Shown here: positions 35,209 to 54,200 of the stretch, piece by piece
Numbering within the stretch: the first letter of the stretch is position 1
Layout: every line of letters starts with the position of its first letter
Source: Botryllus schlosseri
Lineage: Eukaryota
Assembly: GCA_051294905.1 (NCBI GenBank)
Contig: CM119378.1
Location: 3,286,001 to 3,350,000 of the forward strand
Direction of reading: 5' to 3'
Length of the DNA: 64,000 bases
Notes under the pieces: model-generated
What the model was told of the DNA's origin: nothing
The model's input: the letters and a program-made list of their open reading frames with translations, nothing else
The model's database searches: none
Translations under genes and position numbers: made by a program

Positions 35209-38200
35209 ATGAATAAGGCCTTTCAAAGAAAACTTACGGCATTGCAGCATCCACAAGCTGCAAAATTTGATGCCACCGGTAAGCAGTATTCTAAGCTTTT
35301 GATAGCTAAAAATTTTCTTACTGTATGAAACAGCGGTTTATGATTTATATATTTAGGTTACATACTGGCATAGCTACAGCTTGAAGAACTTGAATTGCGA
35401 ACTGATTGTTATCAGCTTCGAATTTCCTTATATGTCTGGAAATATCAGTTGTCAATTTTTCATTTTTTAGGTGGTTTGGCATTCCTCAATTATACTCTGT
35501 GCCCACATTTCTGCATAAATGAAGGACCAAGTACATGATGTCTGTCACCACTTTCATAACTTTGTATGGTCTTCTGACTATGTGATAAGATATTGTCTAC
35601 CTCTGATATCTATTAACATGTTGCAGACCCAATGCAATTCAAGCATCTCATTTTGTGGATTGAAGACCAACAGATCAGGCAATATAAAATTGACGAAAGA
35701 GCAGCTTTAAGAAATTTGCAGGTATATGCTATAATTATGAAGCATTTTTCTAACCCCTGCCGGCCGTTTATTTCAGAATTAATAATACCAGTAAGCATTG
35801 GGATAACAATCCACTTGATTGCAGTGTTGGGATCAAGTCACTATCTTCGAGTCTGCACATTTTGACTCGCGGCAAGTCATGACTCGTCATCCCAACACTG
35901 CTTGATTGTAATCATATTTTACCAATACATTGACATCAGTCAAGGATGGGAGCTAGGACAAATTAAACCATTGTTATTAATTATGATTCTTGACTCCTCA
36001 TATACCTATTGCAGCATTTGTCTTGTCAATACTAGGACAGGTAGCTAAGCATCCTATAACAATATCTATTATCGCAGGAACCTGATTGGACGAAAGGTTT
36101 TGAAACGTATCTGAAAGATGTTTCCTGCCCGTTTCCGTCAAATGACAGAATGTCTGTCCTCGATTGGCTACTTGGTCTTGCCGTTCGTCTGGAGTTTGGT
36201 GATAATGGTGCGTTTTTTTTTGATAGCAGTGATATCTTGTGTGCTGTGTAGCACTTGTAGTGATTATCATTTGCTTCTCCATTTGCCGTTGCCACGTCAG
36301 GGTTCGGTTTCAGGTTGTTCAATTCTTTCTCATCTTTTATAACCCAAGCCTTGAGACACATCTTCTTATGGTTATGTTCAAGTATTGGCGGACATTCGAT
36401 GTCATTCAGTTTCGCGATGTCAATATTTAATCGCAATCGAGATATCGGAGCCAAAGCATGCTAGGCCCGAGACGTAATAGTTAGGCCAGCGATGTTACAT
36501 TACGTACCAGGCCTATTGCAGACCCAATTGTATAGGCCAGCGATGGTATAGTGCGCACTAGGCCTATTGCAGATGCGATTCTTCAAGCCAGCGGAACTAG
36601 GATTGTTGGAGACGCGATTAAACAGGCCAGCGACGATTGCCGAGCGCGTAGCAATCAATGACAATTCCGCAGCAATCTCAGCGGGAGATCGCCTCGCTGC
36701 TGATTTGCTCACGTGCTCAGCAGCCCTACGAAATACATTGCTTATTTCTAAATCGATCAATTCACCAGCCAGTCACCTACAGGCCTAACCGAATTCCGGG
36801 TATGCGGCATACCCAAAATATTTTCTAGGTATGCGCGGCATACCTAGCACACCCGAGTTCAGCGCCTATGTATATCCTAGAGTAGAGCCGATGAAACTGA
36901 CAGATCACATGTCATCAAGTCATTAGGACATCTTGCACTAATTTCAACTGCCAATGTCTTGCTTTACAGTTGAAAAATACGGTAAAATAACCGGTGCAGC
37001 AGTAGAAGCAAAAAGGAAACAGGCTTCTGCGCCAACATCAACAATTTCAATACAGAATATTTGTGGTAAGTTAGACGCAAGCAAATCTCCTTCACTTGAT
37101 GATTAACGTATTACTAGCTCTCAATGTATGTGTAATTGTGTATGCTATGTATTTTGCAGCGGATGACCAAAGTTTCAGGAACGGCATCAATTCGATTGCC
37201 AAAATTCTCCAAGTGCCTCTGCATGAAGACTACCTCGTTACACTGAAAGCAATCAAAATCCTAGTCGAAGAACGTTTAACGCCAGATGCAATTGAAAAGG
37301 CGAAAAATAAAAAAGCTGAAAGAGGGGTCAGTGGGGAACAAATTCCGATCAATCAAATAGATTGAGTATTAGATTAACGCCAGAGGTGGTCAGTAACAAG
37401 CTACTTCTATTTATTTTGTAGTACTAAAGCAAATTTTGCCCGATTGTACTTCTTCCAATTTTAGACAGTTTTTTGGCAAAATTAGTTCATTTTCAATCGA
37501 ATAAAGTAAAAAGGTATTTTGGAATAAGTTCGCATCACTTTATTGAATGAAAGGGTCATGACCGAGCAAAATAGCCCCTCCCCTGTAACTGCTTATATTT
37601 TGAAAAATTGCATTATTAGTAGTGTTTTCAATCATTTTTCGTTCCATTTTCTAATTCCATAGTAATATTGAGTAATGAAGTAATATTGACATGTCTTAAA
37701 ATTCATTACGACTAGAGTAGAAATTTACGGCATTACTGTACTTCTGCCAGTGTTGGGATGACTCGCATCACCTTTTTTGTATGACTTGACTTGACTTGAC
37801 TCGAGTCACTTTGCTAAAATGACTTGACTCGACGTATCAGAAATGTGGATTGACTCGTGACTCGGACCAAAATTCACGAGTAAATTTCAAGTCATCAAGT
37901 AATCGGTGTGATAAAAATTACTGTATCTTGCATATATTCGGATTGGTCGCGAAACGCTGGTGTAGCCCGCGAGAGCGACCAATCATTCAATGATCGTGCG
38001 TTTTACTGGGCCTCCATTGTTCTCTCATAAATAAATTGACCGCAAACGAAGGGATCGAAGCTTACAGCTTATGTTAGTATAGTAAAGTAATGTAATTTAA
38101 TAGTAAAATATCTATTTCTGTTCTCTGTTCTTAAACCGAACCTCTTGTTTTATTGAAATCGAATATAGTTTATATAGTCCTCAACCATTGGTGCAGACTT

Positions 38201-39213
38201 GAATTGTATCATATAAATTTGTAAATGGGTAATGTATTGCATCTAATCAATTCGTCTCTATTCTCTGTTTTGGCTGGTAACTACAAACTGAGGCTATGCA
38301 ATTACTTACGTAGTTTAGTAGTTCTACGTATATGTGAGCGATACAACACCTTTTTGCGTGTATATTTAACTCTATATTCGTTCATCGGTTCAAAATCAAT
38401 GACCACTCAATCAGTATTTTAGACAGCTATATAGCAAAATGCAATTAAGTAATCATGCCTCATACTTTGAAAAGGCAACTTGAATTGAATTGAGACTTGA
38501 CTCGAGTCACCTCAAAAATCGTGTGACTTGACTTGACTCTAGTCACCTTAAAAAATTGATTGACTTGACTCGAGTCAAAATTTGCAATGACTCGTGACTC
38601 GAAGGTAGTGACTTGATCCCAACACTGCCTTCTACTAAAATAGAGAACGCTCTCTCATTCGAAATTTCATGCTGGTGACGTCATATTTTGTGATACGATT
38701 GTTGATATACAATGTTCTTTCCAATTCTCTACTAGTTGCTGACGATTACCCCTGACGAGTGTCAGCCAAAAATATTCGGGGTCATTTCAATATGAATATA
38801 CTATTCAATTGTATATTGAAGTTCTGTACCTCCAAGAAGCTCTTAAAATAGAGATGTTGACTACCCACCTCTGATTACGAGTTATGCTTGCCGATTTACA
38901 TTATAAAATGGTCAAACTTTGTGACTGATTATAAAACTTATTCAGGTTAGTCGCATACCCGTCGCAGACAATGAACTGGGATTCGATACGAAAGGTGATG
39001 TCCTATCTATTAATTTTTGCTGTTTCGTTGTCCTTGATCACATATTTTCCTTCTTAAGATCCGATCGTTAACGAAGCGGCAAAAGCGCTCCGACTCCTTC
39101 ACATCCAGGAATTGCGACAGTTGCAGAACAAAATCAACGAGGCGATAGTTTCTGTTCAGACTATTACGGCAAATCCTAAAACAGACCAGAGACTCGGAAA
39201 AGTCGGCAGATAG
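35209..39213 (+). CDS. RTRAF: RNA transcription, translation and transport factor (C14orf166/CLE/CGI-99), 7 coding exons
   Basis: Exons 35209-35278, 35627-35721, 36078-36207, 36970-37065, 37160-37326, 38946-38994, 39059-39213, all GT-AG and phase-consistent. Peptides FQRKLTAL, WIEDQQIRQYKIDER, DWLLGLAVRLEFGDN, LRLLHIQELRQLQNKINEAIV and PKTDQRLGKVGR*. Confidence 0.95.
35822..35900. mobile_element. 79-bp minimal derivative of hAT family B
   Basis: cagtgttgggat ... atcccaacactg; perfect TSD cttgattg; in RTRAF intron 2. Confidence 0.9.
36325..36870. mobile_element. family C repeat in RTRAF intron 3
   Basis: Reverse complement of 26601-27350. Confidence 0.75.
37748..38627. mobile_element. hAT family B element (880 bp) in RTRAF intron 5
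   Basis: 12-bp TIR cagtgttgggat; TSD acttctgc/ccttctac (6/8); TGACTCGAGTCA/GACTT arrays; collinear with the reverse complement of 46678-47621. Confidence 0.9.
38690..38850. mobile_element. R1 MITE half copy (RTRAF intron 5)
   Basis: ccaattctctactagttgctgacgattacccctgacgagtgtcagcc...gaagttctgtacctcc. Confidence 0.7.
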
Positions 39214-39339
39214 CTGTCGATTTTTCTGCTTATATTTTATCTGGTTTCTTTTGGTCTTGGTATTATTTGAAATGAAGCTGTTTCAACGCAGCCCTTGTTC
39301 AGTTTTTGCTAAAAACATATAAATTCATATATTTGACGA

Positions 39340-39590
39340 GACTTTTGGAGGTACAATACTTCAATGCACAATCGATTAGTATATTCGTGTTGAAATGATC
39401 ATCAGCAGGTCAATCATCAGCAACTAGTAGAGAATTGGAAAGAACATTGTATATCAACATCGTATCACCACGTCATATTTGATACATTATGTTCTCTCCA
39501 ATTCTCCACTAGTTGCTGACGATTATCCCTGACTAATGTCTCTCCGGAAATATTTGGGGTTATTTCAATAGGAATATACTAATAAATTCA
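39340..39590. mobile_element. R1 palindromic MITE just 3' of the RTRAF stop
   Basis: cagcaactagtagagaattgg / ccaattctccactagttgctg inverted pair. Confidence 0.75.
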
Positions 39591-39792
39591 TATACCGGTG
39601 TGTGAACATGCAGACCAGTAATTCTCGACAAGGCGTATATAAGTTTTCAACTGGACCACCTTTCCTGGCTATTTCAATGAGCTGTCAACCAAATCGGTTT
39701 CAGGAGCCTCAATATGTGAACCGCTGTTGTAGTCTGGTGTGGCCGGTATTATGGTGGAGGAACTTGTGTCTATCTACGTGTATGTGATTTGT

Positions 39793-40105
39793 CTAGTTAG
39801 TACATCTGTCCATTATAATGAGCAATGATAGAAACGATATAGAAAGTTAGTACTATCAGTTGTATGTTTTAAATTGTGTTACAGAATGTCGGTGAACTTG
39901 TTCCTACATTACCAGTCAGCTGTATGTACACTGCGCATGAGAAATTTATGAATTCTGTACGCTATTTTCCTAGTGCTTCTGTGCATTATAATAAGCAATG
40001 ATATGAACATACTAAGTTTGTACTACCATTTTTCTGATTATGATTGTGTTACAAAATGTCAGTGAACTTATTTCATTATCAGAACTGTGCCTTACACGCA
40101 TGTTA
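39793..40105. repeat. diverged ~175-bp tandem duplication
   Basis: cattataatgagcaatgata...ttgtgttacagaatgtcggtgaactt vs cattataataagcaatgata...ttgtgttacaaaatgtcagtgaactt. Confidence 0.7.
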
Positions 40106-40562
40106 GATCTTGCTCTTGAACTAACGGTAAGATGTGTAGAAATTTCAATCAATACGGATCATGACTCGTTTTATTAACTGAAATTTTCCTGGTAATCTGA
40201 GCTGACCTGTGCAATACCCCAGTACTACGTACACATTTTTGTTGTAGCTGCTATTAAATTGCAGTACTTAACCATATCGACAGTGTGTGAACTTTGGAAT
40301 ACAGGACTATGTCTGCTAAAGTAAATTCCTACTCAATTACAATCAAAAGTAGCAAAACTACTTGAAGTAGGTCTGAGAGGTACAGCAGCCGTTTCAAAAG
40401 TTAGATTTGGTCAAGGATTACAGATGGCTAACGCAAAATGGCCCTTACACTCATGTAAAGTAGTGCAAGAACAACTACTTGCCACATTGAGAGTAGTTGA
40501 AAGAACATCAACTTACACTTACAGTAACTTCAATATCTTGAAGAATCTGGTAATCCGTAATA

Positions 40563-41028
40563 CAGGGTTGTAACCAAGTCACAATGCTCCGAGTCACAAG
40601 TCAATCTCAGTTTTATAGTTTTGACTCGAGTCATTTTCAATTCACCACCGAGTCCAAGTCACCGAGTAGAGGGTCGAGTCCGAGTCATGGTATTATGACT
40701 CGAGTCGAGTCAAAGTCATTGTGTTGACTGCCCAGTTTCCAGTTAAAGGCTTGTTAAATTCACTTTTTGTAACTCTGTTTGGTGATATCGAATGGTTCGC
40801 ATTTATATTATACTAATTTTCGTCATTTTTAGAAGTTTCTGGGCGCATTTTCAAGTACCAGTACCAATAGACGAAATCCCAATAGTGTGATTACTTTACT
40901 ATTGCTCGAAATTACAATGAAACGTCGGTCTTGACCGTCTGAGTCTCGAGTCATGCACAATGACTCGAGTCAATACACAAATTGACTCGAGTCATCTGAA
41001 AAATGTGACTCGAGTCATTACAACCCTG
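40563..41028. mobile_element. hAT MITE family A
   Basis: 11-bp TIR cagggttgtaa/ttacaaccctg; TSD ccgtaata/ccataata (7/8). Confidence 0.9.
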
Positions 41029-41840
41029 CCATAATACAAATCGTCAGTTTATATTTTCATCTGCCCAAGACATGCGATGAAATGAACAACAAATGGGGGG
41101 ATGCTGAACGACCAACCAGTAGGGGTCTCTTAAACTAGCATCGACCTAGCATGTGATGCCATTCTTCTTTGTCCTTTTTAGAAGCTATTATTCTATATCT
41201 TTCTCGTTTTTGTTGGTCGCTGTAAGTACTGTCAGCAGCACCCGTGCCACCTGCGTAGATGGCGCTGACGCTCACCACTTCACTATCTACCCCGCTACGC
41301 ATTCAAAACTGTTCTACATCGTGCAAATTTCAACATTACACAATCTCATAAAATTATACGTTGACTCGACTCCTTCGAGTAGATGATCTTATTCATAGAC
41401 TCATGTCTGTTCAATGTTCATGTTTTGCAACAAAGTACACATTTAACTGCTTCACATGGCACAAATTTCTAAACTACCCAATGTGTCGACACAACTCCTT
41501 GAAATATGTTCATGATCAATTGATCAGTTAGCTGCCCACCTTACTCATGTCTGTTCAGCGTTTATGTTATACAACAAAATATGATCCTCCGAATAGAATA
41601 ATCTATCAAGTGAATAAACTAATGTTACGCCGACACAGTCCCGTTCAGTCATCATCGTCAAGTAAAGCACACAAAACAGGCGATAAACAGCATAGGACAC
41701 GATTATGAAATTTTTCCCGGTCTGTTCCAGCATAAAAAGGTATACGAGCGTCAACGGGCTAGAAAGTCGGTGGTAAGAAAATGCAGTCAAAACCGCGGCA
41801 TGGTCCGTGATCGCGAGCAGCCACAACCGACAATAAAATC

Positions 41841-48405
<6,565 letters not shown>

Positions 48406-48496
48406 TTAAGCACGCGTATAATTGTCTTGCCATATTTTCAAATATCTAAGTTCTACACGGAAGTGATTTTTCATTCTCTAATGGAAATTTTTATCA

Positions 48497-48780
48497 TCAT
48501 CATCATCATCATTGGTTTATTAGCAATTTTATCGGTTCAATACACCACAAAAATGCGATACAATGAAAAGATAGGAAGGTGTCGAAGCGACTTTGAGTAG
48601 TCTATTGAATCAGACACCCACATTGGCCTAGGCGATGTAAAGAGGAGACATGCACACTGAATGAAAAGTGAAGAAGATAGTATAGAAAAAGGCAAGTAGC
48701 AAGAATGGGGTGGCATCTCATGGAAGACGAGATCGATAGGTCAGTCGTGGTCCGGTAATGTTGAGGATGGACTAATATTC
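48497..48780 (-). mobile_element. retroposon family S2 copy ~180 bp upstream of the ILF2 ATG
   Basis: The reverse complement ends ctaataaaccaatgatgatgatgatgat; near-identical to the 3020-3213 tail. Confidence 0.75.
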
Positions 48781-50636
48781 ACTTAGTAGTAATTGTTTGT
48801 ATTTCGACTTGAATGTGGACAATGGACATGCTCGTCGAATGTCGGATGGCCAGCAGGATATCAGTTCAAAAATCCACGAGATTGCGACATTGTTAAATAA
48901 AAACGAGTCGAAACTACTTGGCAAAGTTCGTGTTCATTGATGAAAAAGCGATCCAGGCATTAAGTGAATATATGTCGAAAAGAGGTCGAGGGCGAGAAAC
49001 AGAGAGGCATAAAATGGGCAACTTATCAGATAAAAAATTGGTTTGTTCACTTATAAATGCTCTAACCTTTCGAAACCAATATTGTCACAACAATGGAAGG
49101 TAAAGTAATGTCAAAACATACATCAGCATGCATGAAAAGAAGATACGTAAAAATAACATAAATAACTCCAGAATGAAAATAAGTCGTGTATTTGACAACG
49201 TTAGCGATCCCTTACCTATGCAAAGCCTAGAGGGGGAGCTATCGGTAAGGAGCAATCGAATAAAGAGGCTGGTATAGCTCGAAACTCCTGCAACTACTTT
49301 ACAAAACCCAGGTAAAGATCTGATGATTACCGGCCGCATCCGAAGGATCCTGAAAGATCTAGTAGACTATAATAGAGAACTTCGAAGAACACCATAGTAA
49401 AGATCCGCGGACTGGACACCATCAATAGCAGTATAATGCCAATAGCCGCAATGTATGTTTAGATTAAGTGCAGTAGTCGTTTTGACACCTCGCCCCTCAT
49501 ACCCGCTTATAACACCACGCTGCGTCGCTGGGCCTAAAAACCAGTGGTTATTAAAGTACGGGTCGCGAAAGGTATAATTTTGGGTCACGACGGCACCAGG
49601 GCGATCGTGAAATTCTTGTAACGAAAAATTGTCTTCGCGCTTCGCGCGATTTTGCTCTAGGCTATACATATCCGCGGTCACTGTGTTAGTCTTGGTACTA
49701 AAGCCAATAACCGAGACAGGAAGAAAAATCGTTAGTATGGCCTGATCCTGAAAATGTGCGACATTTGGATGAGGCTATACAATATAGTTTGAATTCATGA
49801 CAGGATTTGTCCGACATTGGATTCTCTGGAAAACACCGTCGAAGACCGTTGGAATAATTTAGTGTAGGGGTGTGCACTGTGCAACGACCGGATGTGGGAA
49901 TATGATGTAGGCCTACGTAGGCTACAGGTAGGCCTATTTCGAGGCCAACAGCTTTGGCGCAGGAACTCATGAAGACACGGTGTTTTGGCCAACATACGGC
50001 TGGGCAAAGTGCGGTGCCAAAAATATCGACGGTGATGGAACCTTGCCCTAAATTGACCGTCGCTGGTCGGCCAAAACCCTTCGATGTTGATATGTCCGCG
50101 GTCGTCGAAAGGGTCAGTACCGAATAGTCCCGCCCTTGCAATCTGAGTGGACAGTGGCACAGATGCGTCCGCAAAGACAATACCACACTCCAATTTGAAA
50201 TCGCTTGCGTCAGACATGTTTCATAGAGCTCGTTGCATACAACTGTTGTCTGATGCGAGTTCTCTATGTCTACCCCTGGTATAGGCTATGTTATTCATAC
50301 GCAATACAATCTCACCAAATCTATTACGTCACTTTCCTCAGTACTAAGAAGCAGACAGCAAGCCCTCGCAATATCGAATGTGCCTTTAATTAATTATTCT
50401 GATATTTTACGCTGCTCTGAGTTTCACATCTTGCAACATTTATCTCACGCATTTGCTCTGATGCTGACGATAGTAGGAAAGCCACGCGGCATAACGCGCG
50501 TTGTGTCATCGACCTGTCTATCCTGAAGAATATCAAACTATATCTACTGCTGATTACTGGCGTAAGCTATGTATTTTTTCCATCCTCTCGCAGAAGATTT
50601 AGATAAATTCATTTTAAATTTAGAACTCCCTTTACT

Positions 50637-51079
50637 TAGGGTTACCATACGTCCTCTTTTAAGAGGATTTGTAGGCCTACTCTATTTTTGACTTTTTTGA
50701 AAGTGTCCTCGGAGGACGCCCTTTTGTCCTCTTTTTGAGATTTTGTCCTCTTTTTGAAAATTTAGGTCAGATTTAGAGCAAATTGCGAGTGATATGCCGT
50801 AAATAAGCACAGAAGTGACGCTGCGGTGGGTATTTTGGAGTGAAAAACGGTGATTTTAGCTCTGGGCGGAAAGATGACCATTTTTTTATTAGTCATCCAC
50901 CCAGCAATGCGGAAAGAAAAACGGTATTTTGAGCTCTGAAGATAACCTTTTTTTTTTTAGTCAGCCGATCACAAAGCGGGAAAAATTCACCGGTTTTTGA
51001 GAATTCTTCTCCGGTTTTGCAAGTCTCGAATTTCTGAAAAAGTGTCCTCTTTTTAGATTTCCAAAATATGGTAAGCCTA
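50637..51079. mobile_element. hAT MITE family D
   Basis: tagggttaccata/tatggtaagccta; perfect TSD cctttact. Confidence 0.92.
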
Positions 51080-51207
51080 CCTTTACTTTGCATCGAAATG
51101 GCCTTGTAGGGGTGGTTCAACCGTTCAACGGCCCTACTTTAGGCTATACCTCATGCCTGTAGGTTTTCATTCATGTAAGCACATTATCAATTTTTATTAT
51201 ATGACCT

Positions 51208-54200
51208 TCAAATTAAAAAGTCGCAACCCTTCGTCATAGTGATATCATTGATTTTTGCAGCCACCTCATCCTTGTATTTGTTGGTGAATCTCATTCTTGG
51301 AAGAGCGTAGACCCTAGTATCATCCCTTGTAATTTTTACAAGTTGCTCTCTGATCCAGGTTCGGGCACGATTCTTTTGCGGCAGTGTAAAGACAAACAAC
51401 TGAAACACAAATTGTTGAGGATTGAATTGAGAATACTTTTTACAAGATACATAATTGTTGATTAAAGAAAAAGTGTAACACAGGATGTGCAGAAAAGAAG
51501 TTGTTGTAAGGAGTAGGGTTGGACAAAAACGAATTCCTCAGTGATCCATTTTGTATCGAATATTCGTCTAAGCCACGAATTGAGTATTCTGGTATCAGTC
51601 ATTACGACGTCAAGCAGTATGAATAATACAGAAAGTACCTTTTACGCGACCAAAAAGACAATAGTATTCTATACATCACATTAAAGATTATTTGGTATTT
51701 TTGATCACAACTATTTCATTGCTCTTTGGGACGATGTTATGGGTTGATCACTACTCCACAGCAGGGATATCTAGTCTAGATATCCCTGGCTTATACATCC
51801 GTTCTCGTGTTTTTAAGGTATCACGGACAGACGCGACATGCAAGTTCCCAACCAGCACTACTGCAGTGCCGACGTAGAGCACTTGCGGTGCTGGCGCACG
51901 CTCTTTGAGCCATAGAACCCGCTACAGGGAATCAACAAGCACTCACGGAAACCTCCCTTTCTACGAGATTCCGCGCCTTCATTTCCATTTCTGCGTCAAA
52001 ATCTCGGAGTTCATTGGTGAAGATGAACGCGATTTTCGCACTGCGATCTCCCGTAAGTCTCTGGTCCATGTATCGAAGGGCCGTTGTCGTGTTTGCACCT
52101 AAATTTTATTAGATTTTAAGCAATTTCACTCAGTATAGGAATATACGGATTGCACAAATGATGGCGCGAAAATGGATGTGTTCAGTCAAGTGCCAATACG
52201 ATGAACTGATTCTGAAGAGATTCCTGAAGGTACATAACTTCTATATGCAATTGAATAATATATTGATATTGAAATAAACCCGAATATTTTCGGCTGACAC
52301 GCGTCAGAGGTGATCGTTAGCAACTATAGAAGAGAATTGGAAACAACATTGTATATCAACAATCGTATCCCCAAATGCCGGTGACATCCTATTTGATACA
52401 AGTAGAAAATGATATATTATGAGCATTACTCAAGTCAGTAATTTGAAAAAGTAAATTTGGTCGGAAGGTCGCATGCCTTTATCATGAGTTAACCTGCGGC
52501 GACTACTTTAAAATTGATTCCCATGACACGTTCACGGATCAAAGCGACGTAAACTTAGCCCACAACTACTTTCTACTTTGCAAAACCCAAGCTATAAAAA
52601 GTAAAGTAATTTTGCTACTATAGAGTATTCTGTAAAAGTATAAGCAGTCTACTTCACGGGATCCTTGTTCCTACGAATATCATAAGATTTGAAAATTGTA
52701 TCGAAAATGATCCATATATCACCATTTCAAAATGATCAGACGACGCATTAATTCCACAACACCCATTTTCGTATCTTCCTTTTATATTATCCGTTCTTAA
52801 ATCCTGTGTGCGTGCCTCTTATTTACATGCTGTAGGCCAAGGTGGGTGTCTGATTAAAAGACTACTCCAAGTCGTTTCGGCACTCTCCTATCTTTTCGAT
52901 ATATCGCAATCTTATTGTGTTTTGATCAGATAAAAAGATAAATAAAATGATGACGATGATGATCCATTTATACACGATCCAGTAAGCGCCTGGGGCTTTT
53001 TCGAGAGATTTTCGGATAAATAGCAAAAGTCACACATATTTGGAATGTATTAAGAATGCGTGCTGTTTGATTAAGTTGATGAAGTATACTGCACTGCATT
53101 GGTGTACTGTAGCAATATATGTGGTTAAAGTTGCCACCAAGTAGAAGTAACGCCGTCAGTTTCGACTCAATTACAAGTAGAATTAGTGATTTTCAAGACT
53201 TGTCAAAACCACTTCAAGTGGTAGTAGAAATGGGAATTTAAGACGTACTCAAGGTGTCGATGAGTTGCATTATTTTAGAAGTTAATCGGAGGTGCGTAAT
53301 GCTAATACTTTAAAAAACCGAAAGATTTATCTTCACGATGGTGAGAAAAGTATGTCCCGCAATCAGATCACGTGGAATAGCTTCGTTACTGGTCAGTTGT
53401 TACTGGTAATGGTATACGCCTATGACCTGGACGTATGCACTCACCCTTGCCGGGGTATGGAATAGCGTCAATTTCCCTTTTACTGGATTTCAACGTGAAA
53501 GCGGTCGTGAACACTTCGTTCGAGGCGTCCACAGATGAGGAGTATCTGTTCACCCGCAACGTGGGATTGATGCCGTGTCGTCTTCTCAGAATGCTTCATG
53601 TAATGAAATATTTTGGTAACTGTAGCCTATACACAGCATATGTATTGTGTATATTGTCCATAACTAATATTCAACCATAGCAAAGATCCAGTTACAAGTT
53701 AAAATTCCGCATAGGTCCGTGATAATAACTCTCATGGAATTGCAATACAACCATAATATTACGGTGTAAAGCGGTATAAAGCGGTATTAGCAAACGCAAT
53801 GAACGAAATGTATATATTATTGCATTAGTCACAGCTAGGGTTGCATTAAAAACAAACGGTGTTTTAAAACACTTTGTTTAAAACAGGGGTCGCCAACTCA
53901 AAATGAATCGCGGGCCACTTTTCAAAATTCTTAGAGGCCGCGGGCCGCATGACTTCCATATCGACGGGCATAGTCTCCACAAAAAAAAAAACATTTTATT
54001 GGACAAACACAAATCCAACCAAAAATATCAAGATCATCAATTTCCTTATATTTTGAACTATTAGCTGTGCACGATACCTGACAACACTCTGTAGCGAAAA
54101 TAAAACAGGGGTGGCGAACCTATTTCCTATTCACGGCCGCATTTCAATTACTCAAATAGCCTGCGGCCACATTCCGGTACATAGTCGTAGTGAACTAACT

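Noticed and set aside
36032-36760. ORFs of 86-140 aa antisense to RTRAF and similar ORFs at 26955 and 41545
   Set aside because: They are shadows of real exons or GC-rich family C repeats, with no domain signal.
41256-41291. Small hairpin gtagat...atctac downstream of ILF2
   Set aside because: Short and imperfect; lacks SECIS or H/ACA features; expected by chance.
48918-49340. Short ORFs upstream of ILF2 vaguely resembling a Crypton/ZMYM N-terminus
   Set aside because: Only a few residues of resemblance and no recombinase motif.
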